Shown here: one piece after another, positions 40,895 through 55,509 of the stretch
Layout of the letters: every line of letters begins with the position of its first letter
How positions within the stretch are numbered: position 1 is the stretch's first letter
NCBI GenBank assembly: GCA_964016885.1
Contig: OZ024742.1
Coordinates: 265,174,001-265,238,000 of the forward strand
Direction of reading: 5' to 3'
DNA length: 64,000 nucleotides
Source: Eledone cirrhosa
Taxonomy: Eukaryota
The notes under the pieces: model-generated
Database searches by the model: none
What the model was told of the DNA's origin: nothing
The model's input: the letters and a program-made list of their open reading frames with translations, nothing else
Translations under genes and position numbers: made by a program

Positions 40895-40928
<34 letters not shown>

Positions 40929-40931
<3 letters not shown>

Positions 40932-42885
40932 AATTAATAAAAATAATGAATAAAAACAAAGAAACAGTTCCTTATATTAAAAAATTCATCACTTTACGAT
41001 CGTTTCTAGGATATATATGTGTGTGTGTTGGTATGTATATCATATAGATCTATGTAAAATTTTTACAAACTATCAGAGGGAATATACATAATTAATATAC
41101 ATAATTAATATACAAATTAAAGATAATATACGTAAAAAATTTTTTTACTATCCTAGAGAAAAACTTCCCGCCAAACCATAAATACCATCAACTTTTAAAT
41201 TGATCAACGGTTAAATTCTCCTACTCAACAACCAAAAATATACAACAAAATATAAGTGCCTATAATGCATATAAATGTAAAAAAAACCATGAATATACCA
41301 CCAATACATCAAACTAACCATAATACTAAAATAAACCACAGCAAACCACCATCTCTTTCACATACAACAAGTCGTGAAAATTCCACACCTAATTTCACTA
41401 TCTCCTCTGATACAGCATTCACGAAAGGTTGTAACTGTAGAAACAAAGCAAATTGCCCATTAAAAGGAAATTGCCTTATTAATAACATAGTATATAAATG
41501 TAAAATTAACACTAAGGACTCAACTTATTCATATATAGGAGCTACTTCTAACCAATTTAAAGTAAGATTTAATACCCACAAACAGTTTTAAAAATGCCGC
41601 ATTAGCTAATACAACATCCTTAGCTGAAATAATTAATAATTATAGAAAAAGGAATATAGATTATAACCTGACCTGGAGTGTGCTTATCAAAATAATAGAT
41701 ATGAATGTAGATTATGTTCCCAGGAACTTTTTGAAATAATGAAATCTAAGGATATCCTATTAAATAAGCGACAGGAATTAATTATATCATGTAATCATAA
41801 ATTGAGAAGAACTTTTAAATATTATAAACCTAATTAATATACACTTTACAAATTATTATAATAACATTTGTTTTAAATTAGTTAACCTATAATTAATATT
41901 CTACTACTAATGAACTGCATAGTTTTATTTCCCTTTTAAAGCTATCTTTTCCTAAAATTTATACCAATAAGTGTACATATAAACTATTTTAATTTCAGGT
42001 TATGAATCTATATTCCTTATAATCTGCATAAATTTGTTATTTCTCACTAATAAATCCCCCCCCCCCCCCAATAATAATAATAATTATTATTTTTTTATTT
42101 TCCCTTCGTTTTTAACAGCACTCTTCAATTACATCTAACTCTTATTTATCATATCTATATGAATTAATATAAATTTATCAATATAAATATACCTATCAAT
42201 TTAATTAATTTATTTTCTTTTTATAGATGTAAATTCCTTATATTTTAATTAAGATTGATTTTTTCACTAACACATTTATCGTAAAATTTTATTCTCCTTA
42301 GATATTTACATTAGCATTATTCTTTTATAACATCAATTGTTCGTGTACCTTTTACCGACTTAACCTATTTTCATCCCCAAAATAATCTTTTCATTCATTA
42401 TACTCTTTCCATTCAAAACTGAAATCTGCTTTCCTCTACCCCTAAATTAAAGTTCTATTACTACTATTCTACCATCTTGACCACTTACTACCTTTCTATT
42501 GGTCAATTCAAAACCTGTTCCCAAACAGACCTATTATATTAAATCTTTGTTGGTTTTTTTAAATAAACAAATATCATTATTTCAGATGTGTAGGTATGTA
42601 TATTCCCTCTGATAGTTTGTAAAATGTTTACATAGATCTATATGATATACATACCAACACACACACATATATATCCTAGAAACGATCGTAAAATGATGAA
42701 TTTTTTAATATAAGGAACTGTTTCTTTGTTTTTATTCATTATTTTTATTAATTTATCTTGACTCTGTTTTCATGTATTTTTCATCGAAAAAATTTTTTGA
42801 ATACATCTCTTTTCATGATATTCGGATTACATTGAGTTCTTCATACGGATTGGACACTACCGTACATTTTGGTAGATTTATCTAC
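40929..42885 (+). mobile_element. 5'-truncated Penelope-like element (GIY-YIG region) with an inverted copy of its 3' terminal segment at the 5' end
   Basis: FPPNHKYHQL..TVKFSYS, CNCRNKANCPLKGNCL, VYKC...YIGAT..FKVRFNTHK; 40929-41090 is the reverse complement of 42595-42756; 3' boundary approximate. Confidence 0.85.
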
Positions 42886-42938
<53 letters not shown>

Positions 42939-42942
42939 GTGT

Positions 42943-43126
42943 GTGCGGTATCAATAAAACAGGGAAAAACCACCAGTGTATGGAATCTATAACCTATGAA
43001 AGGCAGATTATAGACACGATAATTAAAATTTAATTTAGATTTTTAATTATCGTGTCTATAGTCTGCCTTTCATAGTTTATAGATTCCATACACTCGTGGT
43101 TTTTCCCTGTTTTATTGATAGCGCAC
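42943..43126. repeat. Fold-back palindrome (about 88 bp arms)
   Basis: Near-perfect inverted arms next to (TA)n; no hammerhead core seen. Confidence 0.85.
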
Positions 43127-44007
43127 TGTATATCTCTCTCTAGTGTGTTACCTTTTCAACATATTGTATTTTAAAGAGCTCAGGATTTCTTCTCCTTTGA
43201 GCACATTATTTACAGGGAATGGTGAATCTGCATTGGAATTTACGAACTTGTGCATCTGCTGTGGTGTCAAAAACAAACGCACATGACCGCACAGATAAAC
43301 AATGGACTATGCCATGTGGCTTGAACCTGTAAGTGAATTGAAGGTTCTGTAACTCTGATATACAGATTATTTATTATTAAGATGTATAAACTTGACAAAA
43401 CTATTATCATCTTATATTCTCTCAACTAATCACATTTGATCATATTTCTCTATCCCGTTTTCTCCCCCCATAATTATAATATTTTTATTTGAAAAAAATC
43501 GGTTTTTTTACATTGTGTTTTCCCCTTCAAATACTTGCTTATATTTCTTTATATATTCTCTATATATTTTTTTTAATATATACATGTTTTATCTTTATTC
43601 TTATTTTCACTTTTATCCTCCTTTATATTTTACCTTATTCTTACTTTTATACCTTATTATAGTGTAATCTTCCCCATGCCTTATTATACATTTATTACTC
43701 TTTTTCCATTTCTAATTACCTCATGTACTTTCTCCTCCGTTATATATATATTGTATGCCCTTTGTGTGTGTCTAGCCTCTGCACACACTCTGCACCCTAC
43801 TATCGACGCCACCCCATCTATGGTTCAGCTAACCATTCGACTCCCGGGAATGAATATGACCGCAGCTAGTAAACAAGGACCCACACCCCACCCTCCCGCA
43901 CCAAAATTAGACTTATCGTCCCCTACTTTTGCTCTTTACTCTCTTTACTCTTTGTTCTTGAATGTTTGGTTGGTAGAGTCCATAACACCAATCAAACCCC
44001 TTTTATA

Positions 44008-44052
44008 GCTCTGACGAATCCTACGGTTACGTAAGGAAGAAACATTGTAAGC
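44008..44052 (+). ncRNA. Minimal type I hammerhead ribozyme
   Basis: GCT-CTGACGA-aTCCTACG-gtta-CGTAAGGAa-GAAA-CATTG-TA-AGC, followed by AATAAA and (TA)n. Confidence 0.75.
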
Positions 44053-44094
44053 CAATAAAAATCTTTTGATGTTGTAGACGCTCTTGTGTTCTTT

Positions 44095-44174
<80 letters not shown>

Positions 44175-44176
44175 AG

Positions 44177-44470
44177 AAAGTACGTCCATAGAATCATTTG
44201 ATAAAATATATACAGTATTTCCTCTCCCAATCAGCATAATCAACCACACAAAAAATCAATTAAACAGGGCTATAAGATTAAAAGGTACCTATGAAGAAAC
44301 AATAGATAAATAAACGATAGCTATTTATCCGCGATCAACAGCCACAGAATATTTACCCAGTATTTCGAATAGCTCGTGGAAATCGATTAGATATATTGCC
44401 AACCATACACAATTTTTTCTTCTAACTTTGATTTTGTACCTAATTGTGTGTGGTTGGCGATATATCTAAT
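44177..44470. repeat. Dispersed TA-anchored repeat (copies at 4620-4780, 38620-38670, 53830-54100)
   Basis: Shared gtccatagaatcatttgataaaatatatacagtattt...; this copy ends in a local inversion at 44414-44470. Confidence 0.8.
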
Positions 44471-45062
44471 AAATGTTCGGTGAATCCATACGTACATATA
44501 TATATCTGTGCATGTATGTATATATATATACATACTACTGTACGTCTCTATACATATATGTATGTACGTGTACATACTTATATTTAAGTAACAGACGTAC
44601 TAAGAGTGGGAAATGAAATTTCGTTTCATTTTTTCCGTTTATCGTTTCCGGTGCACCCGGCCGATTAACCCACTCGATATGCAAATTGGGCTACTCAGCC
44701 GTTAATATGCATAAGGTAAGTATATACGTTCAACAATCTGGCAGGAAGGTATACGTTGCTGACGATAGCTAATAAGCTTGAAACTAGTACAGCGTTCCTT
44801 TGTCAGTGTTGAACAAACGAGCAACGATGGTTGCTAGACACTACGGCTTAATACGGGATGTTTGTTTACAAACACACCGAGCATTATAATAAATGTTCGG
44901 TGAATCCATACGTACATATATATGTGTGTGCATGTATGTATATATATATACATACTACTGTACGTCTCTATACATATATGCATGTACGTGTACATACTTA
45001 TATTTAAGCAACAGCCGTACTAAGAGTGGGAAATGAAATTTCGTTTCATTTTTTCCGTTTAT
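44467..45062 (+). mobile_element. Retrozyme-like 1.4-mer tandem repeat, 420 bp unit
   Basis: taataaatgttcggtgaatcc at 44467 and 44887; one hammerhead in the unit. Confidence 0.85.
44754..44794 (+). ncRNA. Minimal type I hammerhead ribozyme
   Basis: CGTTG-CTGACGA-tAGCT-aata-AGCTt-GAAA-CTAG-TA-CAGCG; palindromic ACTAGT. Confidence 0.85.
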
Positions 45063-45069
45063 ATATATA

Positions 45070-45118
<49 letters not shown>

Positions 45119-45581
45119 TTATATATATATACATTTAATGTATATATATATATATAAATATATATAACAAAGGAGGTGTGGTAAAGAACCAGATGGACAC
45201 ACCAGCGTACTCAAGGTCCAGAAATAACCGTCGAAGCGGCTTGAGCTCTGCCGTCGAGGTTTAACATTTTCCTATATATGTATAATCTTCATTGTTTATT
45301 TTTTTATTTATTTACTTGTTTGTATTTTTTTTTTTCAGATTGCTTTACAATAGAGAATTTCTTTCTTATCAACCTAGAAACATCGTTCCTTCCTTAGAAT
45401 TTAGACATCAGTAAGGGAATCTTATATGGAGAAGCATACATATATATGTACTTCCGTAAATATTATTGCCTGGTTGAATTGGTTTTGACTTTTATACACA
45501 CACACACAAAAACCCACACACATAACTATATATATTTGATTATATATATATATATATATATATATTGTTTATTACATATAT

Positions 45582-45639
<58 letters not shown>

Positions 45640-45642
45640 ATA

Positions 45643-45932
45643 TATGTAATAAACAACATAATATAATTATTCCATTACCCAAGGTTTCACGAAGTTAGAC
45701 GACTCTAACAGAAACATATGATATCGTTCATCATAAGGAATCTTTATCTGGATATAAGATATGAAATTAAAATCTATTACCTATTAGGTAATAGATTTTA
45801 ATTTCAAATATATGTATATATATCCAAATAAAGATTCCCTCTGATGAACGATATCAGACGTTTCTGTTAGAATCGTCTAACTTCGTGAAACCTTGCGTAA
45901 TGGAATAATTATATTGTGTTGTTTATTACATA
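45643..45932. repeat. Fold-back palindrome with a hammerhead (45834-45906, +) that has an extended stem II
   Basis: ATTCCcT-CTGATGA-ACGA..AGACGtTTCT-gtt-AGAAtCGTCT..TCGT-GAAA-CCTTG(C/G)G-TA-AtGGAAT; central palindrome at 45762-45806. Confidence 0.8.
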
Positions 45933-46019
45933 ATCAAATAGTTCTGTAATATACATAGAGCACTCTTCTTTCCTTTACCTTTTCCACGGAAATACTTAAC
46001 ATATATATATATATAATAA

Positions 46020-46063
46020 TAATAAATGTCGGGACTAAAATGCGAAGAGGGCTCGATAAGGAT

Positions 46064-46094
<31 letters not shown>

Positions 46095-46270
46095 TATAAA
46101 TATTAAAACCCGTAGAGCAAATATATATTAGAGGAACCGATTAAAGTTTAAGCAAAGAATCGCTGCTTTCACCCTTACCTGGATCTTCTGAAACTGAAAA
46201 AAAATCAATCTGTGGGCGCAGAAGTACATATTTCAAAAAACGTTACAACCGAAGGAAAACAGGAAGACGA
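46020..46270 (+). repeat. Dispersed TA-anchored repeat (copies at 48695-48806 minus, 60605-60780, 60955-61100, 62860-62925)
   Basis: Shared gattaaagtttaagcaaagaatcgctgctttcacc and aaaatctgatgagggctcgataaggat blocks. Confidence 0.75.
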
Positions 46271-46565
46271 TACGTTGGTTCGGAAGACGTTCCCTGGCGA
46301 TTGACGAAAAATATACGTGGATAATTACGTCTTTTATGTGGAGCAAGAAGAACAATTTCTTGCAAAGACAAAAACACATTTATGCTATAAAAGAAATCAT
46401 TGGATTAATACTCTATTTAGAATAACAAAACGATTTCCAGCTCCGAATTTTGAGAATAATGTAAATAAAATTATTAAATGCAAATGACAGAAGTTATTAT
46501 CAGTAATAAGAACATTAAAGTATTGCTATATGATTTAGGCCCGTGCATAAGTATGCGCTTACGCA

Positions 46566-46604
<39 letters not shown>

Positions 46605-46643
46605 GGGAGTCGAACCCACATCTTTGGTTATCCAGACCACTGG

Positions 46644-46682
<39 letters not shown>

Positions 46683-46736
46683 CATACATACACGCATACG
46701 CGTAAATATACATATACATATATGCTGCTGACGTCA

Positions 46737-47510
46737 AGTCCCCACAAAGCGTATGGGATGCCATCCAGTGCAGCCACATTGGTGCCTGGCTCCATGTCTT
46801 GCCATCCTTCTCCACTGGCACGCAGCTGGATAACGACAGCCTGCGCATCGGCGTTTCCTTGAGGCTTGGACTCTGGATCTACGAGCCACATAAATGTCGC
46901 TGTGGATCCACCGTAGACTCTTTCGGACTCCACCCGCTTTCCTACCGCTACAGTGCCGGCCGCCTTCCACGTCATGCTGCTGTCAACGAGGTCATTAAGC
47001 ATAGCTTGGACGCTGCAGGATTCCTCTCCCAGCTCGAACCTGTGGGGCTGGACCGAGGGGATGGCAAAAGGCCAGACGGTATGACCATCTTCCCGTTCCG
47101 TGGTGGCAAACCCCTGGTCTGGGATGCTACTTGCAGCGACACTTTCTACAGGAGCAACCTGGTGCAGTCTGCGACTAACCCAGGTACTGCTGTACGTGGG
47201 GCTGAGGAGGCCAAACTCTCCAAGTACCGATCGCTCTCCGACAGGTTCGCGGTCGTGCCCTTGGCAGTGGAGACTTCTGGTGTCCTTGGCCCTAGGGCTA
47301 CCTCCCTATTCACCTCCATAGGCGCTGAGCTAGCCAGCCGCAGGTGTGAGCCTCGCGAGTTGAAATGGTTCTTCCAGCGCATCTCCCTTACCATCCTCCG
47401 GGGAAACGCCTTCTCCATCCTGTCCGCCGGGGCTGCGGGAGGCCAGCACGTGGGACCCCATCTGCTCACCATAAGGATTAATAGGCAAAGTTATCAACTA
47501 TTGTAAATAA
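46737..47510 (+). mobile_element. CRE-clade-like non-LTR retrotransposon 3' fragment (zinc finger and restriction-like endonuclease)
   Basis: ORF 46799-47506: LRLG..CRCG...H...RHAAVN...EPVGL...KRPDG...LVWDATC...K.SKY...VPLAVETSG; uninterrupted and GC-rich. Confidence 0.8.
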
Positions 47511-47696
47511 ATAATTATTAGGTAATAAAAACCATCTCAGTTATAAATGCAAATTATAAGTTACATAAACGTACGAATGCGCATATACCACTCGTAGATG
47601 GTCGATAAGCGCATGCACATACACGTACCTGTGCGCACTCCTTGCAAAACGTAATAAATACACCTATACACAAACACATATACGTATATACAGTCA

Positions 47697-47765
<69 letters not shown>

Positions 47766-48382
47766 TATATATACATACATACATATATATATATATATGC
47801 AATTTTTATTGATATATGCTTTCCCTTTCGCTGTGACCTGTCTTTTTTATCTTCCCTTACTGCTATCCTCTTTCTCTCTCCCCCTTCTCTCTCTTTCTCC
47901 CTCTTACTTTCACTCACCCCCTATACTAGTCACCCTCTCTTGGTTAGCCTCTTTCTCGCACTTTCACTCACTCACTCTCTACTACTCACTCTCTCTCTCA
48001 CTTCCTCCATCGTCCCACACCGTATAAGATCCTTTTCCTCGCTCACACCCGTACGGCTAAGATGTGTCTTTACCTTCTCGTCAAAATTCGCCTGTTCTTA
48101 TGATCGAAATGAATTATTGACTTGATCTTTTCATTTGTTCCCCTCTTTACGTTGCCTCACCATTCGTGTCTGTTTACATGTCTCTCTCTTTCTCCACACA
48201 TCTCTTTTTATCCCAATAACTTAATTTAGTTATTGTATCGCCCTAGGTGGAGGTATATTGTCCGTAATGCGAAGAAATACCTATGATGGCTAGTAGACAA
48301 CTGATGACGGATATTCCTAACTTCTATTTCTAATACTTCATTTATCATACTTAATTGGAACAACACAGCTCGCCATTCTTTA

Positions 48383-48427
<45 letters not shown>

Positions 48428-48804
48428 ATATATAATCTGTATATATACCCATACATACAAACACACACACATACCATATATATATATAAATACACACATA
48501 CACAAACATACGGACACGGTGTACATACATATACTAATAAATAATGGTATAAAAATGAAATGTACTTAGCTACCACTTCATAATGTATATTATCTACATA
48601 TTGTCTGTACTATCCGTTAGGGTATAATGTAGGGGTGTAATACAGGAAAATTTTATACAGTCTGTGCTTACAAGCCGAAAATGCCTCAGATTTTTTGTTT
48701 TCCTCCGGTTGTAACGTTTTCTGAAATATTTACTTCTGCGTCCACAGTTTCAGAAGATCCCGTTAACGGTGAAAGCAGCGATTTTTTGCTTAAACTTTAA
48801 TCTG

Positions 48805-48861
<57 letters not shown>

Positions 48862-49118
48862 GTGAGGTTTTTTTTACAAAATGAAAAATAACCGAGGTGT
48901 CCTACACGAGTGAAAGTATAAAGAAAAAAAGCTGAAATCGAAAATGCAACTGGAGTCTTTTTTTTATATATTTATTTGGTTCCTTTACCGGTGTCGCAGT
49001 TCTTCTGCTTTTCTGACGTCAGCAGCATATATATATAGAGAGAGAGAGGGAGAGGGGTAGAACACTGGAAAGTAATATCCATAGTGGTAGAGCACTCAGT
49101 CCATGAGACGAGTTTGGT

Positions 49119-49327
<209 letters not shown>

Positions 49328-49422
49328 TTTTGAGTTTATGTTGGTTGTATACCAACACCTCAGTATGCAGGCTGGAGCACTCGACGAAGTGCGCAGGTTG
49401 GTTTGGTTACTCCGGAGTAGTG

Positions 49423-49835
49423 TAAAATAAAGTTAAATAAAAGTCAAATGATTAAAATTTAGCTTCGTTTATTACTGCTATATATATTTCAGTGACAGCC
49501 ATCTTTGGCTGTGACCTCTTCAGGCAGTTTGAATTAGTATGGTATAGACAAGTACATATGTTGTTTAGGTGTATGATATTGTCAATACTCTGATATGCCC
49601 AGTTCCTTGTTGGGTTGTTAATTCACTGGGAGTGAATTAACAACCCAACAAGGAACTGGGCATATCAGAGTATTGACAATATCATACACCTAAACAACAT
49701 ATGTACTTGTCTATACCATACTAATTCAAACTGCCTGAAGAGGTCACAGCCAAAGATGGCTGTCACTGAAATATATATAGCAGTAATAAACGAAGCTAAA
49801 TTTTAATCATTTGACTTTTATTTAACTTTATTTTA
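49423..49835. repeat. Apparently perfect 205 bp-arm palindrome with a 3 nt loop; hammerhead in each arm
   Basis: 49423-49627 versus 49631-49835, loop GGG; no mismatch found by eye. Confidence 0.93.
49730..49784 (+). ncRNA. Type I hammerhead ribozyme (mirror 49474-49528, minus)
   Basis: ACTGC-CTGAAGA-GGTcACAGCCA-aaga-TGGCTGTcACT-GAAA-TATATA-TA-GCAGT. Confidence 0.82.
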
Positions 49836-50329
49836 TATATATATATATATATATTAAGCAAGTGTGCTCCCCTCTGGATTCTCTTTGGGGACTCGGGATA
49901 CGCAACGTTTGTGCGTCCATCCCTTGCCTCCCAGGACAGGCCCATCACAAGCTTTTGCAGCGTAGCATAGAGACTTCAATATATTTTTCGAACAAGCCCC
50001 TCAACCTAAAGCCTGAACACGTTATTTGTTAGCCTGCGCAAATGACGATACGGTATTAATGTTTTAATTGCATCTGGCCATATTACAGTGTTTTGGTGGT
50101 CTTATTCACGCCAGTCACCGATTTGGTACTAGATATTTTTAGGTGTGGCCTATAGTCTCTTCGTCGTAGCTACATCACTTGGTTGTGAGGGTATTCTTGG
50201 GAGTTAACAGTGTCACTCATTACTCCATCTGCCCTAGTAGTTTAACGCTGTCGGTCCGGGGTTGCCTATTCGTCCGACAGGAGCCAGCTTAAATCGCAAC
50301 TAATCCTCATATCTTGTGGCTGTATCGCA

Positions 50330-51025
50330 ATCCATCACCTGCAACCTGTTCTCTAGCAGGAAAGCTCCTGTACTTTATCTCAAAGAAGCCTGCGCAGTGC
50401 TCTCTACACGTGAGTGGTGTTCCACAGAAGGAGGTGGAGTAGTTCAAGTTGCTCGGAGGCGTGTTTACAAATGATTGAAGGCAGGGGGTGAATTAAGTAC
50501 AAGACTTGCAGGAGCTGGTGCAGTAATGCACCAGTTTCCGCCCTCGGTTATCCGACGAAGGAAGGTAAGTGTAAAAGGCAAACGTACTATAGCCAATTCA
50601 GTATTCGTGCCAACCCTTACATATGGTCATGAATCCTGGATCGCAAATACAATCGGCTGAAATAGGGTTCCTTTGAAGGGTCTTTGGAGTAAGGTTATTC
50701 GATAGGGTGCATAGGTTGGAAATCAGGGAGTCTCTCCAGGTAGGGCCACTACTTCTCCGAATTGCGAGGTCCGATACTATGGACATGCGGTCAGAATGTC
50801 TAAGACAAGAATTTCTGGATAGATTTTACGTGCAAAACCAGCCGGCAGGAGACTCAGGAGTAGATCATGAGCAAGATGTTTGGATAGCATCCATGAGCTT
50901 AGCTGGTCACGCTTGGGGATCCAGCAGGTTCAATTGCAGACAGTGGCTTCTAACAGGACCCACTGGAATCTGCTTGAAGACTCTGCCCCACGAGCTTTTC
51001 AGGAATGAGTTGGCAAAGAAGATAT
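50330..51025 (+). mobile_element. RTE-clade (Rex3/Expander-like) LINE 3' fragment; further 3' piece at 52790-52975
   Basis: ELSTRLAGAGAVM...SVFVPTLTYGHESW...AEIGFL...EIRESLQVGPLLLRI. Confidence 0.75.
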
Positions 51026-52415
51026 ATTAAGAAATTTATTGAAAATTCACTTGGAATCTTTAGTTAGTTTCATTTTCCGTTGACTCATTACAACTTTGGC
51101 GTGATACATTTCGGTTTCATGAGTATGATGCCTGGGTTTGGAATGTAATGAAATAAGTTTAAATTAATAAAGTTAATTTTTTAAATATCATAGTTAACAT
51201 AATATCAATATAATTAAATTTAACATCATCAACTAGCTGAGCGTGGCCGGATTGTTTGACTCATTCACGTAACCCACTTCTGGAGCCCAGCAGGGCAAAA
51301 TCCCGTGTCTATACAGAGCTAGTAGACGAGGGTTTTTGTTTGACGGCCGTGTGTCCATGTCAGAGCATATTGCCAGGGTTCCTGCTCAACTCTCCAGCAA
51401 TGCTCTGCGAAATACATGCTTTTCCCTCTAATGACATCAGTGATTGCACAAAGATTGCCGTACAGTCTTTGTTTGATAGGAGGCTCTTTTCAGGAGGTAT
51501 TTAGAACGATCCGTAACGGGTGGGTTTAAGCACTATCAAGCATTGCTTACAAGTGTTTCGAGAGTGTCCAGTCAAGTGGACCCGTAGAATAGAGGCACAG
51601 AAGCTTTTCTTAAGATTATCTGATATTATTGACTTGCAGATCACACTGAGGCGAAAGAGTAATTCATTAACCAACGATGACACTCGTATGATACTGGACA
51701 GGGAAAACTATGAGATGACTAGATAGGAATACCATATTTTCGAAGAGTGCCACTACTAGCATCTATAGATATGGCTGCTACCGAAAGGTTTTAAATGACA
51801 TTTCATTAAAATCAGATCATTATTTCGCATCATTATTTCGCATCACCTGTCACGCAGGTAACGAAGTAGTGCTTTCTGTTCTTTTTTTGGTGATAACTCC
51901 AAGATATTATAATCTTAATATAATCCTAGATACTCTTTCGATAATGGGATGCAGAAATCTATAATGACTTCGATCAGAGTTCTGCTTGACCACAGAGGAA
52001 TCTAGGCTAAGCAACAAGAATGAAAACAACACGTGTAATTGGGTAATTGTTAAACCTGTCCATTCTTGGTTTCAATTACATACCTGAATCTAAGTTATGA
52101 ACGAAAGCAAATGAACAGATTGGAAAGAGAAGAGTATCTTGTATTACTATTAACATTTATTAACTCCTCTAGTTTTAAGTGATCATCATAATTTATTAGC
52201 TGGTAGAAAACCCAGAAAACAAATACAAGAAAATTACAAAACCCATATAAAACCTATTCTAAATATAGGGGGAAATAAATAAATTATACAATAAAAAGGG
52301 TCAGCTACTTATAAATTTCGTCCTATTGGTGATCCTACAAACTGTAGTTCCAACAAAATGGCGAAACGTACAAGAAGCTATAATTTCTATGATATCATGC
52401 ACACACACACACATA

Positions 52416-52583
<168 letters not shown>

Positions 52584-52973
52584 GTATATATATTCATAGT
52601 AGGACAAGGACAACGGAAAAAAACAACAGCAAGAGGGACAGTCATCCACTGAAAATCCTGGTTTCGACGACTAAGGGTCGATAACGTTCATTCCAGTGCA
52701 CATAAGGACTTAACAGAACAGGAAGAGACAAATTATGCGTTAAGGTAAACTACACAAATATAGAGTGCGCAAGGGCTTAAAACAACCGGCAATAGACCAG
52801 GGTTAGACCTAGAACAAGATGGATGGATAACATCCATGAAATCAGCATGTCTCGCATGGGGATCCAGCCGGATCAATTGGAGACGGTTACTTCTGACGGG
52901 ACTGGTTGGAAGGCATGCTTGAGGATTGTGCCCCCGTTACCGTCCCAGTAATAAGTGGACAAAGAAGCAAAAG

Positions 52974-53047
<74 letters not shown>

Positions 53048-53107
53048 ACATATATATGTGTGTGTATGTATGTCTCTCTCTCTATATATATATATATACA
53101 TATATAT

Positions 53108-53801
<694 letters not shown>

Positions 53802-54726
53802 CCCGTAACTATATATATATATATATAAGAAAGCGAGTCCATAGAATCATTTGATAAAATATATACAGTATTTCTCCTCCCAATCAGCATAATTAACCAC
53901 CCAAAAAATCAATTAAACGAGGCTATAAGTTTAAAATGTACCGATGAAGAAATAATAGATAAATAAATGATAGCTATTTTATCCGCGATCAACAGCCACA
54001 GAATATTTACCTAGTATTTCTAATAGCCCGTAGAAATTGACTAGACACGTAGCCAACCATACACAATTAGGTACAAAATCAAAGTTAGAAGAAAAAATGT
54101 ACATAATCATACCAAAATTATGTTTCTACCCCATGAAATTTCATTCGCTTTTTGGAAATATCCGATCATGGATAAATTCACGAGTTTCGAAATCATCAGG
54201 AAACAAACTCAATTGGACAAAGATTTTTCTTAAATGATCCCCGCCATATATATGCATATAATAATTGCTATTAAATTATACATGGCCTGGACAAATACTG
54301 GCCGGAAACTTTCAAAGTTATATAGGGAGGGAGCAATGGAAAATGTGTGAGAAATGAAACGAAAGGCACAAGAGAGAGAATTTAATGAGAAAATGTTTGA
54401 AGGGAGAAAGGGTCAGAGTAAGTTGAAGAAAAGGGTAACTATCACGAGTGAAAGATGGGCTGGTGTGAGACGAAGAAGAGAAAGAGAAACGAGAAGGAGG
54501 GAGAAATGTCAAAACTCATGAGAGAGATAGCGAAAGAGAATAAGAGAAAATAATTTTTTGGTTTCACAGGGAAGGGGTAGTAGAAAAAACAAAAGCTAAT
54601 AGAGTGGGAAATGAATAGAGAGAGAGGCGGGTGATAGGATTGCTTATGTTTATTTATGTTAAAGTACATATGAATGCGTATGTATGTATGTGTGCCATGC
54701 AAAGATGTTCACACATATATGTATAA

Positions 54727-54859
<133 letters not shown>

Positions 54860-55303
54860 CGTATATAAATATGTAAATAAACATGTATGTATGTGCGCGC
54901 GTGTGTGTAAATTTGTGACAACACAGTTATCTATTTACATTTGTGTATCCGTACAACACTTTATTATTTGTATAGTGTATGCGTATGTATATATATATAT
55001 ATATATATAAATACTTACATGCACACATATATACCTATATAGATGCATACATGTAACACACACACACAAACACACCACACACACGCATACTAACAGATAT
55101 ATATATATATATGAGTGAGTGTGTGTGTGGTGTGTGTGTGTGCGTCTGTGTATGTGTGTGGGAGACAGAGAGATTATGTATGTACATAGATATATTCAAT
55201 TAATTTTAAAATAGAAATATATCAATATGATATGCAACAGGTACGAAGTAACATTCTGCCAAGGAAAAATTATGGTGTACACACACACGTGTGTGTGTGT
55301 ATT

Positions 55304-55336
<33 letters not shown>

Positions 55337-55509
55337 ATGTTAGAGAGCCGGGGCCGGACGGGACGGCTGCGTTCTTGCCGTTTCGACAGAGTCTGGAATT
55401 TGCTGTCGAAATGTCAAGAGATCAGCTGTCGGGCTTCGACTCTCTAATATATTTACAATCTACTATCCCAAGTATTGAATCCTCTGCTGAGACCGAATTT
55501 TTTATGGAT

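Noticed and set aside
40180-40895. Hammerheads in a partly inverted, partly direct repeat
   Set aside because: The repeat structure is real, but the candidate cores (e.g. CCGATGA on the minus strand) lack a proper GAAA and stem I
51230-51800. ORFs 51256-51504 and 51520-51726 as a gene or transposase
   Set aside because: No recognisable motif; short and unsupported
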